Below, in pieces: positions 31,348-41,494 of a stretch of 64,000 nt of DNA. This DNA comes from an uncultured Verrucomicrobiae bacterium (lineage in GTDB: Bacteria; Verrucomicrobiota; Verrucomicrobiia; Chthoniobacterales; Chthoniobacteraceae), in NCBI GenBank assembly GCA_963828525.1, contig CAWHEP010000007.1, positions 32,001-96,000 of the forward strand. The letters are read 5' to 3'. The notes under the pieces are model-generated. The model saw only the letters and a program-made list of their open reading frames with translations. It was not told the origin of the DNA and did not search any database. The position numbers and the translations under genes were made by a program. Within the stretch, counting starts at the first letter, position 1; each line of letters begins with the position of its first letter.

Positions 31348-32079
31348 ATGATCTTTGTCGGCACGTCGGGCTTTCAGTATCCGGAGTGGCGCGGGACGTT
31401 TTATCCCGAGAAATTCTCCACCGCCAGAATGCTCCCCTACTACGCCGAGCGCTTTAACACCACGGAGATCAATTACACCTTCTACCGCGTCCCAAGCATG
31501 AAAACTCTGGATGGCTGGGTGGAAGCCACGCCTCCAAACTTTGTATTCGGCCTCAAGGCCCCGAAGCGGATCACCCACTCGGCGAAGTTGAAAGATTGCG
31601 GAGATGTAGTTGCCCGATTCATCGAAACTGTAGGCGCGCTTGGCGGCAAACTCGGGGTTATCCTCTTCCAGTTGCCACCGACCTTTAAACAAGACCTGGA
31701 GGTGCTTTCCAGCTTCCTCGAGGCCATGCCCTCCGGGCTGAGAGCCGCCTTCGAGTTCCGCCATGCTTCATGGCACCACCCTGATGTTTACAGCCTGCTC
31801 GCGGCCAAAAATGTCGCCCTCTGCATCGCCGAAAGCGAGAAGCTCGTTACACCCGTTATTGCCACTGCGGATTACGGCTACCTGCGCCTGCGAACCGCTG
31901 ACTACAACGCCGATGACATGGCCCGCTGGGCAGAAGTCATCCAGATGCAAGGCGCGAGATGGAAAGACGTATTCGTCTATTACAAACACGAGGATTCCGG
32001 CACCGGCCCGCGATTCGCCCGCGAGTTGATGCAAAGACTGGGAATGCCCGATCCGGCGCAAACCCAACCACCCGCCTGA
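31348..32079 (+). CDS. DUF72 domain protein
   Basis: VGTSGF.Y..W.G.FYP, EINYTFY, FQLPP, EFRH.SW, YLRL. Confidence 0.92.
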   Translation: MIFVGTSGFQYPEWRGTFYPEKFSTARMLPYYAERFNTTEINYTFYRVPSMKTLDGWVEATPPNFVFGLKAPKRITHSAKLKDCGDVVARFIETVGALGGKLGVILFQLPPTFKQDLEVLSSFLEAMPSGLRAAFEFRHASWHHPDVYSLLAAKNVALCIAESEKLVTPVIATADYGYLRLRTADYNADDMARWAEVIQMQGARWKDVFVYYKHEDSGTGPRFARELMQRLGMPDPAQTQPPA

Positions 32080-32080
32080 A

Positions 32081-32147
32081 CCTCACCGAAGCGTCCGTCC
32101 CGCGCTCGACCTCCGCAACAACCCCGCCTCGAAACGAAACCTCTCCC
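32081..32147 (+). repeat. Intergenic repeat, partial copy of 33397-33462
   Basis: Shared core GCGTCCGTCCCGCGCTCGACC.CCGCAACAA.CCCGCC. Confidence 0.85.
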
Positions 32148-32235
32148 ATCCCTCATCGACGCCCGAACCCGCAACCACCCGGCGTTGATATTTCCGCGTC
32201 TTGCGTGAGAGTGCCCAAATGTTTCCTGTGTGCTG

Positions 32236-33119
32236 ATGAGAACCTTCCGCTTTCTTCTGCTTTTTCTATCCCTCGCCTCCCTTGCGCAGGCGAGCCACGC
32301 GGCACTCTCGCCTGACACCGTCTTCAAGGGAACGGACAGGTTCGAGTGGCTCGTAAAAATGGCCGAAGCCGATAACTGGCGGGCCCTGCCGATCGGGGAG
32401 CGCGTGGGAGCCGTGGGACGCTCGCTCGTCGGGACACCCTATAAAGGCAGCACCTTGGAGATCGACGACCACGTCGAAGCGCCTTCTGTGAATCTAAACG
32501 GGATGGATTGCTGGACCTTCTTTGAAATCTCGCTCGCGTTCGCGCGCATGCTCGACGAGCCGCGCGAAAACTGGACCCCGCGCGCGATGCTCCATTACGT
32601 CGAACTGGATCGCTACCGTGGGGGAAAGTGCGACGGCTATCTCTCCAGGTTGCACTACCTGGAGGACTGGATTCGCGATAATGAAAAGCGGGGTCTTTTG
32701 TCCGATCTCACCCAGTCCCTCGGCGCCGTGCGCGGCCCGCATGATGCCCGCGAGATGACAGTAAATTGGCGCGGGTACCGATACCTCCGCAACGATCGTT
32801 CGCTACGCCCAGGCATCCGGAGGATGGAAGAGCGGGTGGCCGGCATGCCGATGTACTGACATTCCCGAAAGACAGGGTCTCATCCATCGAGCCTCGTCTG
32901 CAAACAGGTGACATCCTCTGTGTCGCTACGCATGATGGCCGGTTCATCGGCACCTCCCATGTCGGCCTCGCGTACCGTGGCAACGATGGAGAACTGCGCT
33001 TCATGCATGCCTCGGCGCCCTATAATTTTGGGCGGGTGGTGCTGGATACCACCATCTCCAACTACCTCTACCGATACCGTAGCGACGCTGGCATCATCGT
33101 AGCCCGACCCCTGAGATAG
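32236..33119 (+). CDS. DUF1460-type NlpC/P60 amidase-like protein; frameshift ~32857
   Basis: Signal peptide; GTPY...TLE, MDCWTF.E, RLHY..DW, GDI, SHVG, MHAS. Confidence 0.85.
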
Positions 33120-33214
33120 CCTTCTTCTCGCGGCGCGGATACGCGGGGGAGGGGACAATGCCTGTAACGTCTAAGAATCAATCCCGATCAGGGATGACCC
33201 CAAAGCCTGCGCCG

Positions 33215-33328
33215 TTATTTCGCGGCAGGAGCCGCTGCGGCCTTTGCTTTTGCTAGAGCAAGACGCTCTGTTTTGCGGCGGCGAGTGGCGTGAAGCTTCG
33301 CGTTGTCTTTACCTTTGCAATGTCCCAT
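33215..33328 (-). CDS. 37-aa basic microprotein, copy 1 (MGHCKGKDNAKLHATRRRKTERLALAKAKAAAAPAAK)
   Basis: Paralog at 46484-46597 differs mainly at synonymous positions; homology stops at the stop codon. Confidence 0.85.
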   Translation of the reverse strand: MGHCKGKDNAKLHATRRRKTERLALAKAKAAAAPAAK

Positions 33329-33387
33329 CCGGCTAACAGACACGCTTTGACGCGGCGGCACAACCTTTTCCTCAGTGTCACGAGCCG

Positions 33388-33462
33388 GTAGGGATGCCTC
33401 GCCGAGGCGTCCGTCCCGCGCTCGACCCCCGCAACAAACCCGCCCCCGAACGAAAACTCCCC
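33388..33462 (+). repeat. GTAG-type REP-like hairpin with conserved tail
   Basis: GTAG-GGATGCCTCG-C-CGAGGCGTCC; relatives at 32081, 56258 and, inverted, 52678. Confidence 0.7.
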
Positions 33463-33688
33463 GGTACCACCGCGCCCTCGTGCGCTGCGCGGATGTCGAT
33501 GCTTATTGGTCATTGGTTCCTGCCGAAAGATTCAGCGGGAAAAATCGTCCCCCAATGCTTTATGTAGATTTGCGAAATAGTAATTGCCTCCTTCGACGAA
33601 TCTCTCTAAACAGCGGGATTCGAGCAGGGAAGAGAAGGATGGTACCGCGCTGCTAAAGCCGCTTACTGAGCGGCACAAAGAACTAGAT

Positions 33689-36600
33689 ATGAAAAATAGA
33701 CGCAAATCATTCCCCCAAAACCGGATCCATAGGCATTTGCTTGCGGTGACCATCAGCTTTTTAATTGCTTTTGTTATAACAGGCACGAAAGCCGATGCCC
33801 AAACGCTCGGCTGGGATCCGACTAAAACCAAGACCTTCCCCGGCGGGGGAGGGGATGGCACCTGGGATCAGGCCACGCAAAATTGGGTTCCCATCCGCGA
33901 TCTGGACACTAGATGTGGTATGGGTAAGTGGAGCCAGCGCTGTTTTTTCGGGAAGCGCAGGAACGGTGACGATTACCGGCGGGGGGCAGACAGCCGGAGG
34001 AATAACCTTCGATACAAGTGCTTATACCATTACAGGGCAGAATCTGACGCTGACCCCATCAACAGTCGTCTCTGTCACCACCGGCTCCGCGGCGATCAGT
34101 TCCGACATTCTAAACACCGGTGGATTCACTGTGGCTGGCAGTGGTACCCTGAACCTCCTCTCGAACACCACAATTATCTCAGGCGACCTGGCGGCAGCCC
34201 AAGGCGGTTTGGTAATCTCCGGCGGCGTCACCGACGTTAATGGCTCAATTTCCACCAGTGGCACGGCTGCGACGGTGGTAGTAAGCGGGGGATGGCAAAA
34301 CTCTGGCGCGTTGACCGTGGGTGGCAATGCGCAGGGAACTCTGTTTGTGGGCACTATCGGCCTTGCGGCGAATCTCATTTCCGCGAGCGCGACGATCGCG
34401 GATCAAGCGGGTTCCACGTTCAGCGTTGCCATCGTGGGTGGAAACGGCTCCGGATTGTGGACAAACACGGGGACGTTGACCGTGGGCAACGGCGACGTGG
34501 GCTCCCTGCAAGTGCTCACGACGGGAACGGTGCAGAGCGGCAATGCGATCATCGCGAATAACTCGGGTTCCGGGATGAGCAACGCCCGGGTAAGCGGAAA
34601 CGGCGCGGCATGGCTGGTGGGTGGCAACGGGGATTTGATCGTTGGCAATAACGATGTTGGAGCGCTCACCATCAACCAGGGCGGTTTTGTCAGCAGCACG
34701 ACGGGAGAGATCGCCAATAACGCGGGTTCCGCGAACAGCGTTGCCATCGTGGGTGGAAACGGCTCCGGATTGTGGACAAACACGGGGACGTTGATCGTGG
34801 GCAACAGCGACGCGGGCTCCCTGAACGTGCTCACGACGGGAACCGTGCAAAGCGGCAATGGAATCATAGCGAACTTCACTGGGTTCAGCACCGTTCTCGT
34901 GAGTGGAAGCGGAGCGACATGGGCGCTGAATCAAGCGGGTGGAAACGGGGATTTGATCGTTGGCAATAACGATACCGGAGAGCTCACCATTAACCAGGGC
35001 GGTCTTGTGAGGAGTACGACGGCGGAGATTGCCAACAACGCGGGTTCCGCGAACAGTCTTGTCATAGTGGGTGGAAACGGTTCCGGGTTGTGGACAAGCA
35101 CGGAGCTGATTGTGGGCAACGGCGACGCGGGCTCCCTGCAGGTGCTCACAACGGGAACGCTGCAGAGTGGCGACGCCATCATCGCGAATTCCGGCGCGAG
35201 CAGCGTTCTGGTAAGCGGAAGCGGAGCGACATTGGCGCTGAATCAACCGGGATTCGACGACTTGATCGTCGGGAAAAACGATGCTGGAACGCTCACTATC
35301 AACCAAGGCGGTCTTGTGAGCAGTACCACGGCGGAGATCGCCTTTGATGGGGGTGGCAGCCTTGCCATCGTGGGTGGAACCGGCTCCGGGTTATGGACAA
35401 ACACGGGTACGCTGACTGTGGGCGACGGCGCCGCGGGCTCCCTCCAGGTGCTCACGACGGGAACGGTGCAGAGTGGCGATGCGGTCATCGCGAACCTTGC
35501 CGGTTCCGGGACGAGCAGTGTTCTCGTAAGCGGAAGCGGAGCGACATGGACGCTGAATCAGACGGGTGGCAACGGGGATTTGATCGTTGGCAACAACGCG
35601 GTTGGAACGCTCACCATCAACCAAGGCGGTTTTGTGAGTAGTACGACTGCGGAGATAGCCAACAACGGGAATTCCGCGAACAGCCTTGTTATTGTGGGTG
35701 GAAGCGGTTCCGGGTTGTGGACAAACACGGGGACGCTGATCGTGGGCAACAGCGACGCGGGCTCACTCCAGGTGCTGACGACCGGAACAGTGCAGAGCGG
35801 CAGTGCGGTCATCGCGAACACCCCGCTTAAGAGGACGAGCAGCGTTCTGATAAGCGGAAGCGGATCGACATGGACGCTGAATCAAGCTGGCGGGAACGGG
35901 GATTTGATCGTTGGCAACAACGCGGTTGGAACGCTCACCATCAACCAGGGCGGTTTTGTGAGCAGCACGACGGCTGAGATCGCCGAAAACGGGGGTTCCG
36001 CGGGCAGTTTTGCCCTTGTGGGTGGAAGCGGTTCCGGGTTGTGGACGAATACGGGAACCTTGATCGTGGGCAGCGGCGACGTGGGCTCCCTCCAGATCCT
36101 GACGACTGGAACAGTGCAAAGCGGCAATGGAATCATCGGGAACTTCGCAGGGTCCGGGACGAGCAGTGTTCTCGTAAGCGGAAGTGGCGCGACTTGGGCG
36201 GGCGGCACCGGCAACTTGACCGTTGGGAATAACGGCAACGGAATGCTTGATATCAAGCAAGGCGGTGTCGTGACCGCGCTAAACGGCGTGGTGTCGGCGA
36301 ACCCCGTGGCAAACGGCGCGGTGCTTGTAAACGGCCCGGGATCGAGTTGGAATCTCTTGGGCAACCTTACGGTCGCGTCTTCGGGTAACGGCGCCCTCTC
36401 TGTGATGAATGGTGGTGTTGTGAGCGCGCTGGAAGGCGTGGTCGGTTCGCTGGGGATCGCAAACGGCAATGTGCTCGTGGATGGACCCGGCTCCAAGCTC
36501 CTGCTCGGTGATAATCTGTCGATCGGCTCTGGCGCCCATGGCGCGATGACAGTCCAAAACCTTGGTTCGGCGTCGGTGATGAATACGCTGACCGTGGGCG

Positions 36601-39428
36601 CTGGCAGCGGGTTCAACAACCTTTTGACAATTCAGACCGGTGGTCGTGTAACAGGCCAAAACGGCGTGGTAGCGGGGAATGCCGGCAGCAAAGGCTCGGT
36701 GAGCGTAAACGGCATGGGATCAAGCTGGAAATTGACCGGCAACCTCACGGTCGCCTCCTCGGGCGTCGGCTCCCTGTCTGTCCAGAATGGCGGCGGCGTC
36801 AGCGCGCTGGAGGGTGTCGTCAGTCGGCAGGCCGGCTCGATAGCCAGCGTGCTCGTGGACGGGATCGGCTCCAGTCTCACTATCGCAGATGCTCTTAACG
36901 TTGGCGTCGGCGGCCAGAGCGCGGTGACCGTCCAGAATTTCGGTTCCGCCTCGGTGACGAAGGCGCTTACGGTGGGCGCAAGCAGCGCGGGGAATCAATT
37001 GACCATTCAGACCGGCGGCACTGTAAAGGCGCTCCAGGGCATCGTGGGGGCGAATGCCGCGAGCGCCGGCATGGTGACGGTGAGCGGCTTCGGATCGAGC
37101 TTGGCGCTCACTACTAATCTTACGGTCGGCTCTTCGGGCGTCGGTTTCCTGACTGTGCAGAATGCGGGTCGCGTGAGCGCTCTGGATGGCGTGGTGGGCG
37201 CGAACGCGGGTTCAAACGGCACCGTCGTCGTAAACGGGCCTCTGTCGAACCTGGCGCTCAACACTTCCCTGTCCGTTGGACAGTCAGGCTTTGGATTTCT
37301 CACCGTCACCGGCGGCGGCCTTGTTACAACGAACCTTCTCTCTGTAGGAGATCTCGGGAACGCCAACGGCTTGCTCAACATCACAGATGGCTTATTGACG
37401 GCGAATACCGCGGTGATCGGCGCCCAGGCTTCTTCGGTCGGCGTAGTGAACTTGCACAGCGGGGGTCTCGGTAAAATGACGATCAACGGTGATCTCATCG
37501 TCGGCCAGGCGGGTAAGGGCGTGGAGAATGTGACCAACGGGGACGTATTGAAAGTGGGCAACTCGATCACGGTCGGTAATGCCGCTGGTTCCAAAGGCTC
37601 TCTCACGGTCGTCAACGGAGGCCAGGCGAGTGCCGGAAATAGCATCGTCGTCGGCTCGCAGGCCGGCTCCTTCGGCGCGGTGTTTGTGGGCGATCCCGGC
37701 TCCAGCCTCACAACGGGTCAGACTTTGACGGTTGGGAACCTCGGCGGCGGCTCTCTCCAGATCGAGCAGGGAGGCAAAGTCGCCGCCCCGGCTACCATCA
37801 TCGGGCCGCAGGGAATGGTTCAGAATGACGCGGTGCTTAATAGTCCCAACGTGACGGTCTTCGGTCTGCTTGGCGGCACTGGCGTTGTGAACGGCAATGT
37901 CATCAATCGCGGGGTTGTAGGCCACGGCCTAACGTCCGCCGCCCCGCTTGGCGCGCTGACTGTAGCCGGTAACTATGACCAGTCGCCGCAAGGCACTCTC
38001 TCGCTCCGGATAGCGGGAGCCGGGCCGGGCCAGTCTGACAGTCTTTTCAGCAAGGGCAGCGCGAGCCTCGCGGGATCGCTAAATCTGATCCGGCTGAACG
38101 GATTCCAGCTTCCGAAGGGCAAGCAGATCGTCCTTCTCAGCGCGAACGGCGGTGTTAGTGGCGAATTTCAACGCGTCACCGACCCGTTTGCCACCTCCCT
38201 GTTAACGCCCGATATCTTCTATTTTCCGCGCGAGGTTGTGCTTGAGCTAGCCCAGGGATCCTTTATGCCGCTTGCGAAGACGCCAAACCAGCGGTCCGTC
38301 GCCAGGAACCTGGACAATGCCTCGGCGGATCCCCGCGAGGCCGCGCTGGTTAATTATATCGACTCTCTTTCCCCCACTGGTGCGCGGGATTCCTTCGATC
38401 GGATATCTCCCGACCAGTTGGACTCCATGTTCGAGATTAGCCGCTCATTGGGTGACGTGCAGAGCGCGAATATCCAGCAACGATTGGACGACGTTCGCGG
38501 TGGCGCCACGGGTTTCAGTTCAGACGGCCTTGCCATTTCCGACAAGGACGGTTCAACAAACTTGATGGACAAGAATCCGGTCCCGGCTCCTTACAAGCCA
38601 CTCGGCAAGAACGTTGGCCTTTTCCTCACCGGCAACGGCGAATTTGTGAACGTGGACTCCGATGGCAACGCGCGCGGATACAATTTCACGACCGGCGGCA
38701 TGACGCTGGGCATGGACTATCGCGTGAAGGATTACCTTGTAGTCGGCATTTATGGCGGCTATGCGAACACGAACTCGGATCTCGCGCAGGGCGGGCGGGT
38801 CGATGTGAACAGCGGCAAGGGCGGCTTCTACGCCTCGGCCTACGACGATAATCTCTACCTCGATTTGGTGACCGAAGGCGGTTACAACAGCTTCAGCACC
38901 AGCCGCGCCTCGATCAATGGACTTGCCAATGGCGAGACGAGTGGCGGCGAGTTCACAGGCTTGATCGGTGGTGGCTACAACCTTCACTCGGGTCGCCTCA
39001 CGTTCGGACCCACATTCGCGCTTCAGGGTAATTACGCTTCCATCAGTTCATTCACCGAACACGGCTCCCTATCGCCGCTTCACATTCCCTCGCAGGGCGA
39101 GCCGTCCCTGAGAACGCGCCTGGGCGTCAAGATTTCCGTGCCTTTCCGCGCCGTCGGAGGAGTATCGGTCACTCCCCAGGCCTCCGTCTCCTGGCAGCAC
39201 GAATACATGAACAACAGCTACGGGTTTGACTCGCAGCTCGCGAGCGGAGCCGGCACAGTATTCACAGTGCAAGGCCCTCATCTAGGCGCGGATCGCGCCG
39301 TCCTGAACCTCGGTGTCAACGTCCGCTTCAACCCGGCATTCTCAATGTATGTTTTCTACAATGGCGAAGCCGGCGGCCAGAACTACCTGCTGAACAGCGT
39401 CAACGGAGGCTTCGAGTTCACCTTCTAA
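33689..39428 (+). CDS. Large autotransporter with T5SS/PEP-CTERM-associated repeats; frameshift ~33900
   Basis: Signal peptide and GDGTWD in one frame; many L.VG...G.L.I..GG.V repeats; C-terminal beta-barrel ending in FEFTF. Confidence 0.92.
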
Positions 39429-39429
39429 G

Positions 39430-39717
39430 GTGAATCGGGAAGGGTCCGGGCCGCTTGATCACAGCCCGGCCCAAAGCCTCCGCGCCATCGACCAGTATCG
39501 ACTTGTACCAGCCTGCGGCAAAAGTGTCCCGCCAGGAAGCCTCTCCCAGGCGCTCGGCCGCGCGGTGCGCGGAGCCGGAGCGGAAGCGCTGCTGGCGCCG
39601 TCCGCCGTGGTCGGAGGCGCGTTCAATCTCGTGGTCTTCGTGGAGAACCTGCTGCCGGAGAGCGCCATCCTGATCGAAAATCAGGCAGAACTGGATCGCT
39701 GGCTGAAAAAGCGGTGA
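39430..39717 (+). pseudogene. C-terminal fragment of a RES-domain toxin
   Basis: SQALGRAV..AGAEALLAPSA....FNLVVF; N-terminal RES part absent; adjacent to the cognate-type antitoxin. Confidence 0.7.
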
Positions 39718-39718
39718 T

Positions 39719-39740
39719 GCATATTTGCGCGCAAATATGC
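39719..39740. promoter_or_regulatory. Perfect 22-bp palindrome upstream of the antitoxin
   Basis: GCATATTTGCGCGCAAATATGC. Confidence 0.7.
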
Positions 39741-39776
39741 CTCGCCATGGAACTCAAACGATGGGAGGATTAAACC

Positions 39777-40151
39777 ATGCCCGCCAAGACGCTCGATCCG
39801 CCGAAGCTCAGAGTGACCGCGCCCGCCACTTCTCTGTCGCTGCAATCCCTGTGCCAGCGCTACTCGGTGAAGCGGGGCCTGCTGCCACGACTCACCGGCT
39901 TCTCGCTGCGCGCGGTCGCGAACTGGTCGCGGGGCCATGCTCCCAGCGCGCCGGCATTGAAGAAACTGACGGAGTTGAAGCGTTTGTTTGAAGCGCTTGC
40001 CCGCCTTATCGACCCCAAGGACATTGGTCCATGGCTGCTCCAGCCCAATCCCGCCTTCGATGGCTCGACTCCTCTGCAAGTGATCGAGCGCGGCGAGAGC
40101 GACCGCCTCTGGCGCATGATCTACGAACTCGAATCCGGCCAGCCGGATTGA
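39777..40151 (+). CDS. Xre/MbcA/ParS-type antitoxin
   Basis: HTH (RLTGFSLRAVANW) plus WL..PNPAFDGSTPLQVI..GE. Confidence 0.85.
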   Translation: MPAKTLDPPKLRVTAPATSLSLQSLCQRYSVKRGLLPRLTGFSLRAVANWSRGHAPSAPALKKLTELKRLFEALARLIDPKDIGPWLLQPNPAFDGSTPLQVIERGESDRLWRMIYELESGQPD

Positions 40152-40206
40152 TCCTGGGAGGTCCTCAAGCCACAGGAAGGCCGAGTATCATTAAGGAGAA
40201 GAAAAC

Positions 40207-41250
40207 ATGAGCAAGGAAACCCTCGCGCTTCCAGAAGGGTACGGCGACTGGCTGGCCGGCCTGAAGCGGCGGATTGCCGGCGCCCGGCAGCGCGCGCTTC
40301 TGGCAGCCAATGCGGAGCAAATCCGGCTATATCATGATATTGGGCGCGACATTCTGGAGCGTCAGGGGCGTGAAGGATGGGGAGCCAAAGTGATCGACCG
40401 CCTCGCAGCCGATCTGCGTGCCGCCTTTCCCGATATGAAGGGGCTCTCTTCATCAAACCTCAAATACATGCGGTTTTTTGCCCAAGAGTGTCCCGATCTC
40501 CAAATTGGTCAGCAGTCTGCTGACCAATTGCCCTGGTTCCATATTGTGACCCTCATTACCAGGCTTTCCGACCCCGCCCTACGCGGCTGGTACGCGCAAC
40601 AGGCCCTCCTGCAATCCTGGCCCCGTGATACGCTCGTCGTTCAGATCAAGAGCCAGCTTCACCTCCGTCAGGGAGCCGCTATAACGAACTTCGACCAACG
40701 CCTCGCTCCGCCGGAAGCAGGCATGGCCGTCGAAGTTCTCAAAGATCCCTATCACTTCGATTTTCTCGGGCTCGGAGACGAGGCTCATGAGCGTGATATA
40801 GAAAGCGCCCTCGTCCGTCATATCACCCGGTTTCTGCTGGAACTCGGGGCCGGGTTCGCTTTCGTGGGAAAACAGTTTCGATTGGAGGTTTCCGGAGAAG
40901 AATTCTTCATCGACCTGCTCTTCTACCACACCCGGTTGAAATGTTACGTCGTCGTGGAACTCAAGGCCCAGGCGTTCAAACCTGAACATGCTGGTCAGTT
41001 AAACTTCTACCTGAGCACGGTGGATGCGCAGATCAAGGCCCCTGACGACAAACCCACCATCGGCCTCCTTCTTTGCAAAACCAAGAACCGGCTCGTGGCC
41101 GAATACGCCCTCTCCGGAATCGCAAAGCCGATTGGCGTGGCCGAATACCAGCTTGTGCGCGCCCTGCCCGAACCTCTTGATACCTGCCTGCCCTCGATCG
41201 AAGACCTGGAGTCAGAGCTTTCACGCGATCTCGACGAGGAGGCGAAATGA
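40207..41250 (+). CDS. YhcG/DUF1016 PD-(D/E)xK nuclease domain protein
   Basis: WGAKVIDRL, LPWFH, KDPYHFDFL, LELGAGF, IDLLFYH, VVELK, GQLNFY. Confidence 0.93.
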   Translation: MSKETLALPEGYGDWLAGLKRRIAGARQRALLAANAEQIRLYHDIGRDILERQGREGWGAKVIDRLAADLRAAFPDMKGLSSSNLKYMRFFAQECPDLQIGQQSADQLPWFHIVTLITRLSDPALRGWYAQQALLQSWPRDTLVVQIKSQLHLRQGAAITNFDQRLAPPEAGMAVEVLKDPYHFDFLGLGDEAHERDIESALVRHITRFLLELGAGFAFVGKQFRLEVSGEEFFIDLLFYHTRLKCYVVVELKAQAFKPEHAGQLNFYLSTVDAQIKAPDDKPTIGLLLCKTKNRLVAEYALSGIAKPIGVAEYQLVRALPEPLDTCLPSIEDLESELSRDLDEEAK

Positions 41251-41494
41251 AGAAATGAAGGTGAATTGCTCCGGGCTTGATTCCGGTCCCGTTTACGCCC
41301 CGGCGCAAGGGCGGCAACGGAGGCTTCCCTCCCAAATATCAAAATGCAAGCAACGACCCCTTTTCTCCGCCCCCTCGCTGTCTGCCGCGTGGAAACCGGC
41401 TGCCGCGCTGTGTGGCGGATCGGCAATCGGCGATTCGGGCGGGAATGAGCTTGCAAAGCCCCCTTCCCGGAAGAGGATCGCACCCCGGCTCCCC

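Noticed and set aside
33215..33372. Repeat as tmRNA or another structured RNA (Ala-rich tag-like end)
   Set aside because: It has its own ATG, ends PAAK, lacks tRNA-like ends, and the differences follow codon third positions
34390..36200. Autotransporter repeats as a DGR template/variable pair or shufflon
   Set aside because: No reverse transcriptase or invertase in the window; differences are not obviously adenine-specific; repeats are in-frame tandem units
41024..41494. N-terminal extension of the PEP-CTERM ORF overlapping the YhcG gene
   Set aside because: The signal peptide begins after the ATG at 41495; the extension is an incidental open frame
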